DNA of 64,000 nt from Blastocystis sp. Blastoise. Its lineage: Eukaryota; Protista; Bigyra: Opalinata. Positions 30,863 to 59,853 of this stretch are shown here, one piece after another; within the stretch, counting starts at the first letter, position 1; each line of letters starts with the position of its first letter. Position numbers and translations under genes: made by a program. Under the pieces are notes generated by a model. That model saw nothing but the letters and a program-made list of their open reading frames with translations, was not told the origin of the DNA and searched no databases. The DNA lies in NCBI GenBank assembly GCA_039096225.1, contig JBBPEB010000006.1:186001-250000 (forward strand). Reading direction: 5' to 3'.

Positions 30863-33800
30863 ATGGCTGAAATTCAAAATCAAACAATTTGTAAGTATTC
30901 TACCTTCAATCAAGAAAATACTATGGATAACAGGGCTGCTACAGTTGTTCAAAACCCTTCGAAATTCTATGATTATATGTATAAATATTATTTAGATAGT
31001 AAACAACCTGGTGGAGTCCCTGAACTTAAGCATTATATTGATGTTGTGCCTACTACTGTTGAGAAAGCTTATCGTCGACTATGGTTTGATCTTGATTGTT
31101 GCCGTGAAGAAAATGAGTTCTCCGATCTATCTGATAATAATATACATATACTGATTGAACGTATTAGTCAATTGTTCTTAAAGATATATAATCCAAATAA
31201 TATGAATATTATTACTACGAAGAAGGTTGTCAATAGAAAAGAAAAAGCAAATGGTGTCTTCTATAGTTGGGGTATGCACGTCTTCACCAATTGGTTTATC
31301 AAAACAGATTTATTAACTTATATGTATAATGAAATTATTGAAGATGATATGATTAAATCTATTTGTAATACTTTACATGTGAACTCTAATGAATTTATTG
31401 ATGGAGCCGTAATTGCAAATAAGAATCGAAATAATGGTGTAATGATGCTTGGATGTTCGAAGAATAATACTCCGTCTACATATGATTTCTACGATATGTA
31501 TGAATCAAATTCTTGGCAAAAAATTAATTTTGAAAATTCTGATATAATCAAAAATGCTTATTATTCTACTCTACTTAATTATAATTCTCCTAATGATGTT
31601 TTTGTATGCTACAGTAATTATGTTTTATTTTCAGAACTATTAAATAAAAACAATGTAAAAAGATACCTTCATAAAATATTATCGTTTGATAAAGATACTA
31701 TTAATAGTTTTACTACTGCATATTCTATTACTAAAGCTTATAAAGATATTAACCCTGCTACTATGGATAATAACTCTGAAGAAGTAGATAATTACGAATT
31801 TAATTTATTAGAGCAAATACTCACACTTATTTCTGAAATAGATAATGGATATTATTTTGAATCTCATAATGAATGGTATAAGCTTATACGAGCTACAAAT
31901 AATTATAATAACTCTGAAGATACTTTGAATCTTTTTATGAATATAAGTAACTCCTGTTCTCACACTCGTAGCTTACAGAAATTCAAATCTACTTGGAATA
32001 ATACGTCTAGCTATGAATCTTATAATTATTTTAAAGATTCTTCGTATCTTTTCTTTATCTTACAAAAACACAATAAACTACCAATAGATTGTAAGAATGA
32101 TTATATCTTTTGTCATGTTATGAAATCTATATCTAGACATAATGAAGTTACTTCTCAAGCATTCGTGGAATTATTCAAAACTTTCTGCTTTAATGATCGT
32201 GTTATGGTTGAAGATATATCTAAAAAATTCGTAAAGATATATGCTTATGATGAATTCAACGTTTTAAGAAATATTCACCATTCTTATGATGTTAATTTCT
32301 TTGAATCAGAAATTACTTCTTTTGCTAATACAATTGCCGAGAACTTTCAACAAGCAAAACAATTTAAAAAAGAACTTAAGAGTCATATATTCTCTCTGAA
32401 TAAGCTTCAAAATGCCTCTAAAACAAATGAAAAAAACTATAAGGAATGGCTAGCTAGATATCAGAAAACTTACGCTATATCTTATGAAACTTTCAGAGAT
32501 ATTCATCTCAAACATAGAGAAAATGTTATTTATACAAATGTCGGTTTTGTTGTTCCGCTAACAAATGCCCTTGAACCAACCGTTGTAGATGATTGGACAG
32601 CTGAATTCCCTGGAGCACAATATCACCTTTTACATTCTCCTTCTTATGATGTAATTCCCTATGAAAAAGAAGATATTATCTTTGAAGAAATGATTATTAA
32701 TGCACAAATTGTCCCTAAAACAAAACATGTACCTGAAGACTTTGATGCTATAAAACAATTTCAAAGACATGTATTACGTTATTGTGGAGGCGACGGTGAT
32801 TACGCAGATGCTATGATGCAAATCATTTGTCAATCACTCTATTGTTGTTCCGATCACACTTGGTGTTATATCCTATATGGCACTTCTGGAGCCAATGGAA
32901 AAACTATAACTACTGATATTATGAAAAATATTCTAGGTAATAATCAATGTATTCCCGTGAATCCTGATAACTTTGAAGAAACTTCAGCTTCTCCATTTCT
33001 ACTTAATTTACATAATAAAACTATGTATTATATGAATGAACTTAGTGAACATTCAGGAGGGTTTAAGAAATCGGTAAATCCCCTAGAATCTCGTATATTC
33101 AAGGAATTATGCGAAAAGAAATCAGACGCTACCGCTCGTCTTCTTCACTCTAATGTTATTCAAACCTATAATTATACGGGAATTCTCTTTGTTACCTCTA
33201 ATATTCAACCTACTGCCGTAAATGCCGGACCTTTAGAACGTAGAGTCGTCTTCTTACCGTCACTTTGCCGCTATTTACCACCTTCCTCAGTAACTCTCTA
33301 TGAACCTAAAGGAGATTATTTAACCAAGAGAAAACGATATAATACAGAGGAAGAAATCCAAATAGCCGTGAATCAAGGTCTTCTAGCTAAAAAGAAAAAT
33401 CACTATCCAATGGATCCTAATGTATCTTTTCTGTTTAAAAAACATACTAATGCTATATTCTCTTGGTTAATCTTCCATTATCTTGAACGTAGCTTACGTC
33501 TTAATATGGATATGTTACAAGGAATTCAAGCAATTGCCACGTGCAAAGAAGATTTCTTAGAAAAGTGTTCTTCTGGATATAATATGAAAGATTTTGTCAA
33601 GGCTAAATTACAAATAGATCCTTTCTTTATTAACGTCGTATCTTTAGAAGATATCTTTATCGCTTATAAAGATTTTAATAAAGATGCGAAGTTCACTATC
33701 CAAACAAATCTAGATAAATTTTTCAAACAATTGTGTACTGCATTTCTGGCAAACTCCGAATTCTACGAAATTGATATGTTGGATTACCGTAGAACTCATC

Positions 33801-34027
33801 AAAGCGAATACTATAAGGATCACACTGCTATAGGTATTAAAGGTATTCTTATTGATAAATCCTATAATTATAGTGTTAATATGAAAAAATTCACGGAAGA
33901 TTACCGTATAAGTACCTCTGTAGTGAATATTGTCGGCTTTGACGCTAATTTATTCTCCAAAAATGTCAAAAAATTAAAAATATTTTATGAAAATAAAGAG
34001 TATTATGCTCCTTATTTTGGTTATTAA
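30863..34027 (+). CDS. AEP primase-polymerase fused to a D5-like SF3 helicase
   Basis: LWFDLD and GMHVF primase motifs, PriCT-like EWYKL, Walker A GTSGANGKT, Walker B YYMNE, motif C FVTSN, RRV. First ATG is at 30863. Confidence 0.92.
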   Translation: MAEIQNQTICKYSTFNQENTMDNRAATVVQNPSKFYDYMYKYYLDSKQPGGVPELKHYIDVVPTTVEKAYRRLWFDLDCCREENEFSDLSDNNIHILIERISQLFLKIYNPNNMNIITTKKVVNRKEKANGVFYSWGMHVFTNWFIKTDLLTYMYNEIIEDDMIKSICNTLHVNSNEFIDGAVIANKNRNNGVMMLGCSKNNTPSTYDFYDMYESNSWQKINFENSDIIKNAYYSTLLNYNSPNDVFVCYSNYVLFSELLNKNNVKRYLHKILSFDKDTINSFTTAYSITKAYKDINPATMDNNSEEVDNYEFNLLEQILTLISEIDNGYYFESHNEWYKLIRATNNYNNSEDTLNLFMNISNSCSHTRSLQKFKSTWNNTSSYESYNYFKDSSYLFFILQKHNKLPIDCKNDYIFCHVMKSISRHNEVTSQAFVELFKTFCFNDRVMVEDISKKFVKIYAYDEFNVLRNIHHSYDVNFFESEITSFANTIAENFQQAKQFKKELKSHIFSLNKLQNASKTNEKNYKEWLARYQKTYAISYETFRDIHLKHRENVIYTNVGFVVPLTNALEPTVVDDWTAEFPGAQYHLLHSPSYDVIPYEKEDIIFEEMIINAQIVPKTKHVPEDFDAIKQFQRHVLRYCGGDGDYADAMMQIICQSLYCCSDHTWCYILYGTSGANGKTITTDIMKNILGNNQCIPVNPDNFEETSASPFLLNLHNKTMYYMNELSEHSGGFKKSVNPLESRIFKELCEKKSDATARLLHSNVIQTYNYTGILFVTSNIQPTAVNAGPLERRVVFLPSLCRYLPPSSVTLYEPKGDYLTKRKRYNTEEEIQIAVNQGLLAKKKNHYPMDPNVSFLFKKHTNAIFSWLIFHYLERSLRLNMDMLQGIQAIATCKEDFLEKCSSGYNMKDFVKAKLQIDPFFINVVSLEDIFIAYKDFNKDAKFTIQTNLDKFFKQLCTAFLANSEFYEIDMLDYRRTHQSEYYKDHTAIGIKGILIDKSYNYSVNMKKFTEDYRISTSVVNIVGFDANLFSKNVKKLKIFYENKEYYAPYFGY

Positions 34028-34089
34028 TTTTTTTTTATTTTTATTTAATTTGTTTGGTTTAAAAGAAAAAATAATAAAAATATAAACTG

Positions 34090-34174
34090 AGACCTGGCAT
34101 ATCAGGTGGATACGACGATATGTTGAAAAATATACATATAAGGGTTCTATCCCCGGTTATGTCGGGTCTTTTTT
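34090..34174 (+). ncRNA. Candidate Pol III-type small structured RNA
   Basis: 12-bp terminal stem AGACCTGGCATA/TATGTCGGGTCT with two G-U pairs, inner ATATGT/ACATAT stem, B-box-like GGTTCTATCC, T6 run at the 3' end. Confidence 0.5.
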
Positions 34175-34217
34175 ATTTATTTAAAATAATCCATAATAAA
34201 AATAACAAAGAAAAAAT

Positions 34218-34575
34218 AGAGCCAGTTTTGAATTTTTTTTCCCCAAACTCTTTAGATATAAGGGGCTAAATGACTATATGACTATATGGATTTCATATAG
34301 TCATTTATCAAAAATATATTTTATAATATTAGATTTTTAGAAATCGATGACGCACACCCCAAATCGACCAATCAAATCACTTTAAAATTACTTTTTTGAT
34401 TATTTTTAAAACTACCCTTACTTTTATCACTTCCCCATGTTTCGGAAGTTTTAATAATACTTCAGCCGAGATCTCCAGCACTCGTCTATTACCCCTGATC
34501 GGAAAATCAGTATGATTTTCCGATACAGGGGTAATATCGAGTGAAATACTGGAGATCGAAGAGCGGAAGTATTAT
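34218..34575 (-). repeat. Right terminal inverted repeat (358 bp), including the hairpin at 34451-34575
   Basis: Reverse complement of 9197-9553. Confidence 0.97.
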
Positions 34576-34928
34576 ACTTTCAATTTTATGGGTATTAATA
34601 ATTTTTAAAATGATAAAACTTTCGATTCTAAGAAATTCCCATGAAAATAATTTTATGATTTTTAACCACCAATAATGAAAATCATTTCTTTTGTCGTCTC
34701 TTCCCTAGAAATAAATGAATATATTCACGATTATTGCATTTTTCAAAATAAAGGGAGAAATACAAAATTAATAATTACAACTATTCAATTTTGTTTTTCT
34801 AAATAACTAGTCAATAAGCTAATATGTATGTTTTTTTTGTTTGATTTCTTTTTTTGCTTTTAGTATTCTATTATTATTTTTATATATATATTTTAATATA
34901 GATAATCACAGCTTGATTCCAAAAGACT

Positions 34929-36442
<1,514 letters not shown>

Positions 36443-36920
36443 TATATATATATATATATTGTTTCTTATTGTTAACATTTTTTTAGTACTACGTATGTCA
36501 TTATTTAATACATTTATATATATTTATATCAATACACTATTTTTTTATATGTCTATTCAATTTATTATTATAAAACTGACTTTTTCACATGATTTTTTTT
36601 CTTTTTTTTGTTGTTGTTGAATCTTTTTAAATACTCTTTTTCTTTCCTAATATATATTTATATATTTATCAATATGTATTATGAAATAGATGTGTATCAT
36701 TATTATATATACTATTATCCTTTTGTTTTATTTCTTTTTATTTTCTTATATTTCAATCAATTTATCAAATAACTCTATTTTGTCATTTAATAACGATATG
36801 TATATAAAACAAGTATTTATCTCTAAACATTACAAATTTTTAACTGAAATTACAATAATTAAAAAAAAACGAAAAATATATATGTCTAATTTAATATATA
36901 AATAAAATAATCATTTATGT

Positions 36921-51214
<14,294 letters not shown>

Positions 51215-52205
51215 TGCTTATTTTGATAACGTTTTTGAAATTGTTATAACTTTGAAACTAAAAACTAATTAGTATTAACAACTACATGTAACCAATAAAA
51301 TACTTTTTAAATATAATTCTGATATCGACAACAAAAACAAGGGTAATAGAAGCTGAATTATCAATTAATAAAAAATAATTGAAATAGAATAAAAGAAATA
51401 GAAAAAAAAAATTTGTTAAAAAAACCCTGGTTATTTTTTGAAAATTCATTTTTTCTTACAAAAAAGTTTTCATTTATTTATAAAATCTATATTTCTCCTT
51501 GACAAAATGGTCAATATGTTTTTAATAATATATTTTAGATCTATTATTTCATCAAATTCATTTCAAATCATTTTCTACACATTATAAAATCATATATTGT
51601 AAGATAGTAGCTGATTATTAACATAAAATGTAATATACTATATATATATTTTTTTAAATATGGTTATAGAGATATTATAAATCGTGTCAAATAATTATTT
51701 ACATAAATAAATGAATTAGGAAAAGTCATAATTTGTTTTTCTGTCCTAATTATATTCTTGACTTACAGTATTTCATACACAAAAAACATATAAGATATTA
51801 TTCTTTTATTGTTGAATCATAAAAATGCATAATTATGCAAAATAAAAATAAATTAAAGAATTTCTTTCAAAAAAATATTTGAAATCTTATTTAATACTGT
51901 TAATTTTTATTTAAACAAAACTTAAGGTATAAAAATAAAGATTAATACATGTATAGATATTAAAGAAATAGGAGTATATAGAAAATAGGTTAGCAGAAAA
52001 ATAAAACAATATTTTTCTAAAAAAAAATAATAAAAATAGATCATAGTAATCCATTATAAAAAAATAAAATCAATAAATATAAAGTTATTAAGTATTATAT
52101 CATATAAAAAATGAAATAATATAAATAAAATATAAAAATAAATTTAAAAAATATATATATATATATATAAATTCTATAAAAATTTTAAAAACAAAAGTAA
52201 TATTT

Positions 52206-55200
52206 TTATATGGTCATACCTGAAGATGCTTTAATACGAACTTGACCTTTATTTCTTTTAAGGAAATCTAATTTACCTTTTTTATTTAATAAATAATAGA
52301 CGATAAAGAGTATGGTAACAATAATGACTCCAGCAAAAATAGCAATACCAATACTATTACTAGTAAAAGGAGCTTCATAAGAAATAGAGATTTCAGTACT
52401 AACACTTCCTTCAGTATTCGTAACAGTAATTGTATATATAGTAGTAGGATATACAGCAGCAGTCGTACCACTAATAACACCTGTAGTATTATGAATAGAG
52501 AGTCCTTTAGGAAGAGAAGGAGATATAGTAACATAATAATTTGCAGCCATAATTGTAGGAACAGGAGTAGTAAAAGCCTTTAATGTACTTACACGATATT
52601 TACGTTGAGAATAAATAATACCTACAGGTGCTTGAGGAACACAATTGAGGGTTTCTTCACCCCATTGGGCATTATCTTTACAATAACGAGAACGTATACC
52701 CTCATAATAATCAGGACAAGGCATATAACTATATTCACCAGGTACTTGAGAATCATAAATACCATCAGAAACACAATAAGATTTAAGAATAGTAGCATAT
52801 AATTCAATTTCAGCAACTTCTAAGCCATCACGACATTTAGAACGACTCATATATAATCTATATGTATTATAACTAATATCATTATAGAAATTAAAAGTTT
52901 TTGTACCATTGACTGTATTATATTCACCAAAAGAAACATTCTTTTGCCAATATAAATAATCCCAATTTACTTCATCATTCGTACCTACTAACAAAAGATT
53001 ATCAGGAAGACGAAGATCATTATCCCCACGAATAAATACTAATTTAGTAGCTACTTCTTTACGTTTATTATTATATTCCCATTGTATATAATGATCTGTA
53101 CAATCAGAAATACCTACATATTTCGTAGTAACCATACCATCAAAAGCTCTATCTACTGTTTCTTTTACATATCCACCATCATATCCATCAACATTACTCT
53201 TTGGTATACCATCTACTATTAAATTCTTATTATCTAAATTAAGTATAAAAGAACCATCAAAAGAATATTCAGGAGAATTCTTAGGACTATGAATTTCAAC
53301 AGCAAATATTACATAACCATTACGTGCATTAGCAAATTGAATATTACCACTAGAGAAAAGACGAGTAGGTTCTGTAAATACACCAGTAGGTAATGTTTTA
53401 CCTGTGAAATATGAAGGTAAATGATACTTATAAATAAGTTTACTGTCTAAATAAACAGCAACACCTCCTTTTACAGTAACCATAAATTCATAAGAAACAT
53501 ATTGAGATAAATCAGGTAAATTAATAATATATCTATAATATTGAGTAATACCATGTAAATCATCAAAATGACCTGGAGTACCTACTGGCCAATCAGCATC
53601 ATTATAATCATAGGTATTCCATAATGGAGAAGGAAGTAAATCAGAAGCATAATATCTCCATTGTCCGGCTCCAGGATATATTAAATATTCTGTAGTAAAC
53701 TTAGTAGTACGTTTAAATTCACCTCTTAATAATGAACCATTACCTAATTCTGAATGATCACTTAAATAAATAGTATAACTACCACTACCCCAACCATCAC
53801 CATTCATATCCTCTACAGTTAATGAATATATATCACCTACTTCACAATAACGTATAGTAAAAGAAGGAGTAAAAGCAGGGAATGATTTATATTCATCTAT
53901 TACTTTATGTTCATCATTAACTAATGTAAATTTATTATTTGTATTATCTTCACTTAAACCAGTAAATTCTATATAGAAATAAACATTAGGATATTTACAT
54001 TCAGTAATAGTCATTTTTAAAGTAGTTTTTACATCTCCTTTAGGACCTGTAGCACTAATAGTATATTGAAGAATAATAGATTCAGTAGGAGTACCATAAA
54101 TAACACCACTACCTGTATCTAAATATACACCATTGGGTAATTGAGGCATAATACTAAAATTAGTATAATATTGAGAAGAAGGAGTAATAGTAGAAAGAGG
54201 AGTATTTACATAATCTATAATTTCTGTAGGTGTATATACTAAGTCAGGAATAACAAGTTTTGAATAATCATATAAATAATATTGTAATTCAGCTATAACT
54301 ACTTGATTATTATCAGGATAAGCAACAGAAGCTTTCATGATAGCAAATTTAATTTGATTATAAGATTTATTTTGTTTATACATATAGAAACATTGACGTT
54401 GAGAACGTTCAGTCCAATAAATATCATGTTGTGAATCTAATAAATCCCAATTTTGATTATTATTACTACCAAATAATTGCCATTCTATAGGATCTGTAGC
54501 TGGACTTTCCCAACTATTCGCAACACAATAAGCATTAATAGTTTCTTGACGATAATTATTAAATGTACTCATAGCCCATTGAGGTGCAGGATGACTTGCA
54601 TCTAAATAAGTAGCAAAACGACTATAATAATTCTGATCAAATAAACGATTTGCATTTGTATCACTAGAAACACTATTACTTTGTGTTCCAGTAACACCCC
54701 AAGTACGTGTAACTTTATCTGTTTCCGTTAATAAACGTAATGTACATTGGAAATCAACAACAGCAGAAGTAACAGTTTCACGAGATACTAGAGCAATAGC
54801 AAATAAATGTTGACCTATAGGTAGATTTTTAATTAATCCAGTATACACAAACCAAGAAGGTTCTTCAGTTGCTGCAACACCATTAATAGCTTGAGAAGTA
54901 GGTTTAATATCACCTTCAGGTAAATTCATACGATATACTTCAACTTCATTTAAATAAATAAGAACACCAGCACGTGCTTTTACTCTAAATTCAAATCCTT
55001 GAACATGATCACTAAATGTAACATTATAATGCATACGGAAATACCATACACCATTAGTAGCTAAAACATTTTGATTGATTGAATAATCATTAAAATCTTT
55101 TTCATCAAAATCTTTTTTCATCCAATTAGTACCTAAATCTTTTGTATTAAAATAACCTTTAGAAATATCAATATCTTCAAATTCAGTATTAAAAACAAAA

Positions 55201-55631
55201 GAATCTTGAGTCATTTTTAATAATCCACGACGAGCAATAGTATAAGGTATATTATATTCATAAGCACGTACATAAACAGCAGAACCGTGGGCCCAACCAT
55301 AAGCATCTGTAGTAAGCATATTTAATAAATATACACCTCCAGGTAAACAGAATTGATAAGTCTGATTATAATATTCAGTAGTAGGAGTTGAATAACCAAC
55401 AGCTTCTTTTACTAATTTCCCTTTAGGATTATATAATTGTATTATTTCTTCTGCACCATTGCCCCATTTACTATTACGTTTAATAATATCAAATCGCTTA
55501 TTAGGAAGATCACAAGCTATAGAAAATATAGAGGTAATGTGTATTTTGATTAATTATATATATATATATATATTGATTACTTATAGAATAAATAGTGAAG
55601 CATATATTATAAAAATATAGAATAAATAATG

Positions 55632-55665
<34 letters not shown>

Positions 55666-56877
55666 GAGAAAGAGATAGTGAAAGTAGTAGTAGAGAAAGT
55701 GACAGAAGCAGAGTGAATAGCTTCAATAGTAATAACAGTAGAAGCCAGTGTATTATCAGCAACACCCGAAAATATACCTGTGTCATTATTAAATAAAATA
55801 CCTATAAATATATATATATAGAATAAGATATATTATAATAATTATAAATATAGAATAAATTATATTATAATAATTATAAATATAGAATAAGATATACTAT
55901 AATAGTTATACATATAGAATAAAATACATTATAATAATTATATATATAGAATAGGATATATTATAATAATTATATATATAGAATAAGATATATTATAATA
56001 ATTATATATATATACCTTTAGGAAGATCACCACTATATCTAAAAGATCCAAATCCACTAGAAGAAGGAGCAATATGAATATTTTCCATTCCCACGGTAAA
56101 AGCATAAGTAAATAAAGGATAGGTTAATTCTACAGGAGCTATTTTATCTTCATCAACACCAAAACGTATTTCACCAATTTCTAATTCTCCAGAACGACTG
56201 GTTACTATATATATATATATATTATTACTATACTTTAATAATATATATAAATACAGAATTCAAATTTAATAGAATTGAAATGATATGTATTTGTATTAAG
56301 AGGGAATGTCTTGGATACACTAAAAGCATCAAAAGTAACATCTATATATATAGATATATAGATTAATAAATATATATATAGAATAATAATAAAACCAAAA
56401 TAAATATATAGATATATATATAGAATTATAAATACATATATATATACCTGATTGAGAATCAATTAAATAATATTGACCTGTATTATGTAATCCCCAAACT
56501 CTCCAAGAAGTAGGATTATAAGCAGAACTATTATGTCCTATATATATATATATATATATTCATTGTTATTATATATAAATAGATAAACATACCATTAAAA
56601 ATACGATAATAATTAATCCATTCATTTCTATAGAAAATATAATATATAAATATAATATATATAATAAATAAAATATATATATATAATGTATATAGAATAA
56701 ATAGAATAAATCGAAAGCTTACCTATCATTATAGAAAGTGAATTCAGCAAAAGCGGGAAGAGAAGAAGCATACCACATGGTCATAATTTCAAAATCAAAA
56801 GCATTATCAATACCTTCTTCCTTCTTATCTTGTCCATGATCACTTGAGACACTACCTCCAGCTACACGATCTATATG

Positions 56878-56943
<66 letters not shown>

Positions 56944-58382
56944 AATAAAGCATAATATATATATATATATATATACTTCCATATATAGGAATAAAATAAG
57001 CATCAAAAATATCAGTAGTTTTAAATAATTGATTTTGAATATGAACCTAAAAATAGAGAATAATAATAATATATATAAATATATACTTCAATAGCCATAG
57101 TAATAATAGTAGAATTACGAATTTGATCTAAATTATAAGATGTACGTCTATATATATATTAATAATATATAAATATATATTAATAACATACTCTCTTAAA
57201 GTATAACTAGTTGTATCAATAGCAGTAGCAGGATCATTATTACCAGAATTCTCTCTAGAAATATAATTATTTTAGATATTATAATTATTTTAGATATTAT
57301 AATCATGATAACAATAATAATGATTATAATAAATATAATAAATATAATAATAAAATAATAAACAAAATAAACATAATAATATACTTCATATTATGTTGAA
57401 ATGATAATTTTCCATTTAAATAAATAGCAAATCCGGCAACAGCATTTACACCGAATTCTAAAAGAGGGAATTCTTCGATATATTCAGGTAATACTCCAGT
57501 ATATCTGTAATAACGAGTAATAGTAGTATAATTTGAAAAAGATCCTTTACTAGCTCTTAACCAACGAACATCAGTATAAGTAGGAGACGTCCAATCAGAA
57601 GCAGAAACATCTTCATCAGTATATTTCCAAATAGAACCAAGGGGAATTGGAAGATTAGCTATATATATTAGTATTATTCTTATTATTCAAAAGTAACGAA
57701 ATATATAAGAATTTATATTCCCTTTATTCTATAACTAATTATAAAGAGGATATAAAATAAAATATAATAAAATAAAAATAAAAATATATAAAAAATAAAA
57801 AAAAATATATAAAAAATAAAATAAAAATATATAAAAATAAAATAAAAATAAAAAAAAAATAAAATTATTACGATGGAATTCCCATTCTCTTCTTCTATAA
57901 GTAGTTAAAGTTCCTTGAAGAATAAGCACACCTTGAGGAGACTTAATCTGGAAATAAGAACGAGTAGCCCAACCATTATTAGCTCTAAAGAAAAAGAAAT
58001 AATAGTCTAAATTTTAATTTTAAAAAAGCAAACAAAAATATATATATTCTATTGAAAACATAGAAATAATAAAACTAGTTCATTATATATACTTATCTAA
58101 AGCTACAAAGGTATGGAAAGCATTGGATAAACAAACTTCATAAAGAGCATATTGATGATCTTTATCAACTCCATTAGCAGAAAAAACAAGAGTTCCATTA
58201 TCAGGAGAACCTCTGTAGATTTCCATGAATTCCTCAGCAGAGTCTTCTGCATAATATCTATGAATTTTCCAAAGTTGAGTATTATCAACACAAATCTTGT
58301 CGGCAACAACTATAGATAATAATCATCATATAGTAAGTAACATACCAAAAAGGATAAACAAAAATGTAAGCCAAAATCTCAT
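52206..58382 (-). CDS. Type I membrane surface protein with putative Ig (He_PIG-like) and galactose-binding/discoidin-like domains, multi-exon
   Basis: Signal-like start MRFWLTFLFILF at 58382; repeated LPxG(L/V)...TG(V/I)ISGT Ig motifs; FD...W.L.GSN...W discoidin-like motifs; C-terminal TM (IGIAIFAGVIIVTILFIVYYLL) and basic tail. Confidence 0.85.
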
Positions 58383-58413
58383 TTTCCTTAACAACAAAAT
58401 AATGAATCATAAA

Positions 58414-59853
58414 TAGAGATGGGCAAAAGTAGCTACAAGTTTTGTGGCTACTTGTAGCTACTTTGTAGCTGAAAACAGCTACCCAAAGTAGCTACAAATT
58501 TTCATGATTTTTTCACGGGAGAAAAAAGTGGTTTTTTGGGGTATGATAGATATTATCTCACAAGTATGTTGCAGATATGATATAAAGAGGAATGTCTTTT
58601 AAATGTCATACGTAGCCTATTTGAAGTGAAAGAATCTAAAAAAATAAGTTAGTCTTAACGATATTCAGAATTACAATTGGTAAATCAGAACAACGTTGAA
58701 TATTGATGATTTAATTGATGATATAAATGTAAATATTGTAGATAACCATAGTGATGTATATTAAATCCTAAAATAATATTTATAATAAATTGTTATTCTT
58801 TAATTACATGTCATTATAGTGAAATACCACCAAAAACATATCACAAAATGCTTAGATAACTACATTGAAACTATTAAGCCACTTTATATCATAAAATAAT
58901 AAAACTTTCTATAATAAAAATATAATATTTCGTTATCGCATAGAATTTAATTATTTTTCTTGTTAAACGTGGTATTTAAAGCAAGTAGATTATTTATAGT
59001 ATATTATTCTAAATATTAACATGGTAATGTCACAGTTTTGAAATCATAAAACAATTTTCCTGGTTGTGAGTACAATTACATGTAGATTATATAGAATAAT
59101 ATATTAACAAATTATTCAAATTATCTTTTTTGAACAAATAAATAAATGAATATACACAAGAACATCACTTTTAAGCAATAAGAACGATTAGAACGATGAT
59201 CATAATGGAAATGAATATTTATTTAAAAAATAGCATCTTACTTTCAGTAATAGAAATTAAAAGACAATTTTTTAAATATACAAGACAAATTGAGATATTC
59301 TTTATACGAGAAATCACTAAATAAAATTACTACAAATGCATTTATTTTAATTATCTTACAATATACAAATATTATTCTGTTCTGTGACCTATGACTGCAT
59401 TATTTTGAGTTACATCTGTTCTCTAAATGGAAAAGTGTTCCATTTAAGTGTCATTTGATAAGATTATATTTGTAGTTTATTATCTTTTTTCACATTAAAA
59501 GCCATTTATGATTAATAATGGTAGAATATGGTAGAGAATAAGTGAAACATAGGAAGTTATTCAAATTAACCATGCTTATAATCCTTTATTATATCTCTAA
59601 CATTGGTAAGCACGAGTCTAATATAATAGTCATGATGTTTTAATTTATAATAGAATACTACTACAGTAAATGTTGACCAATTATTATGTCCAATTATCAA
59701 AATTTTATACTGGAAGTGTGAGAAATAATATAATGAATGTAAAAATATATTAAAACTATTTAAGAAATATGTCCTGGCTATTTAGAACAAGAATAAAAAT
59801 TTTGCACATACTTTTTTAGAAAAAAGAAACTCCATGTACCTTGCCCATCTCTA
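58414..59853. mobile_element. Non-autonomous hAT-type DNA transposon (1,440 bp)
   Basis: Perfect 13-bp TIR TAGAGATGGGCAA/TTGCCCATCTCTA, 8-bp TSD ATCATAAA (58406-58413 and 59854-59861), subterminal GTAGCTAC repeats, no long ORF. Confidence 0.92.

Larger units (their letters stand above)
9197..34575. mobile_element. Endogenous Polinton-like virus (PLV), ~25.4 kb, tyrosine-recombinase / primase-helicase type
   Basis: Near-identical TIRs; gene-dense, intron-poor, microsatellite-poor interior unlike the flanks; packaging ATPase, capsid-like proteins, cysteine protease, D5-like helicase and two YRs. Confidence 0.95.

Noticed and set aside
34090-34174. Canonical tRNA gene
   Set aside because: No proper D-arm or 7-nt anticodon loop, and the T-stem is too short.
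9197-34575. Canonical Maverick/Polinton transposon
   Set aside because: No pPolB, no rve integrase, no 6-bp TSD and no AG...CT termini.
58500-59800. Transposase remnant inside the hAT element
   Set aside because: No ORF of 60 aa or more and no motif I can support by eye.
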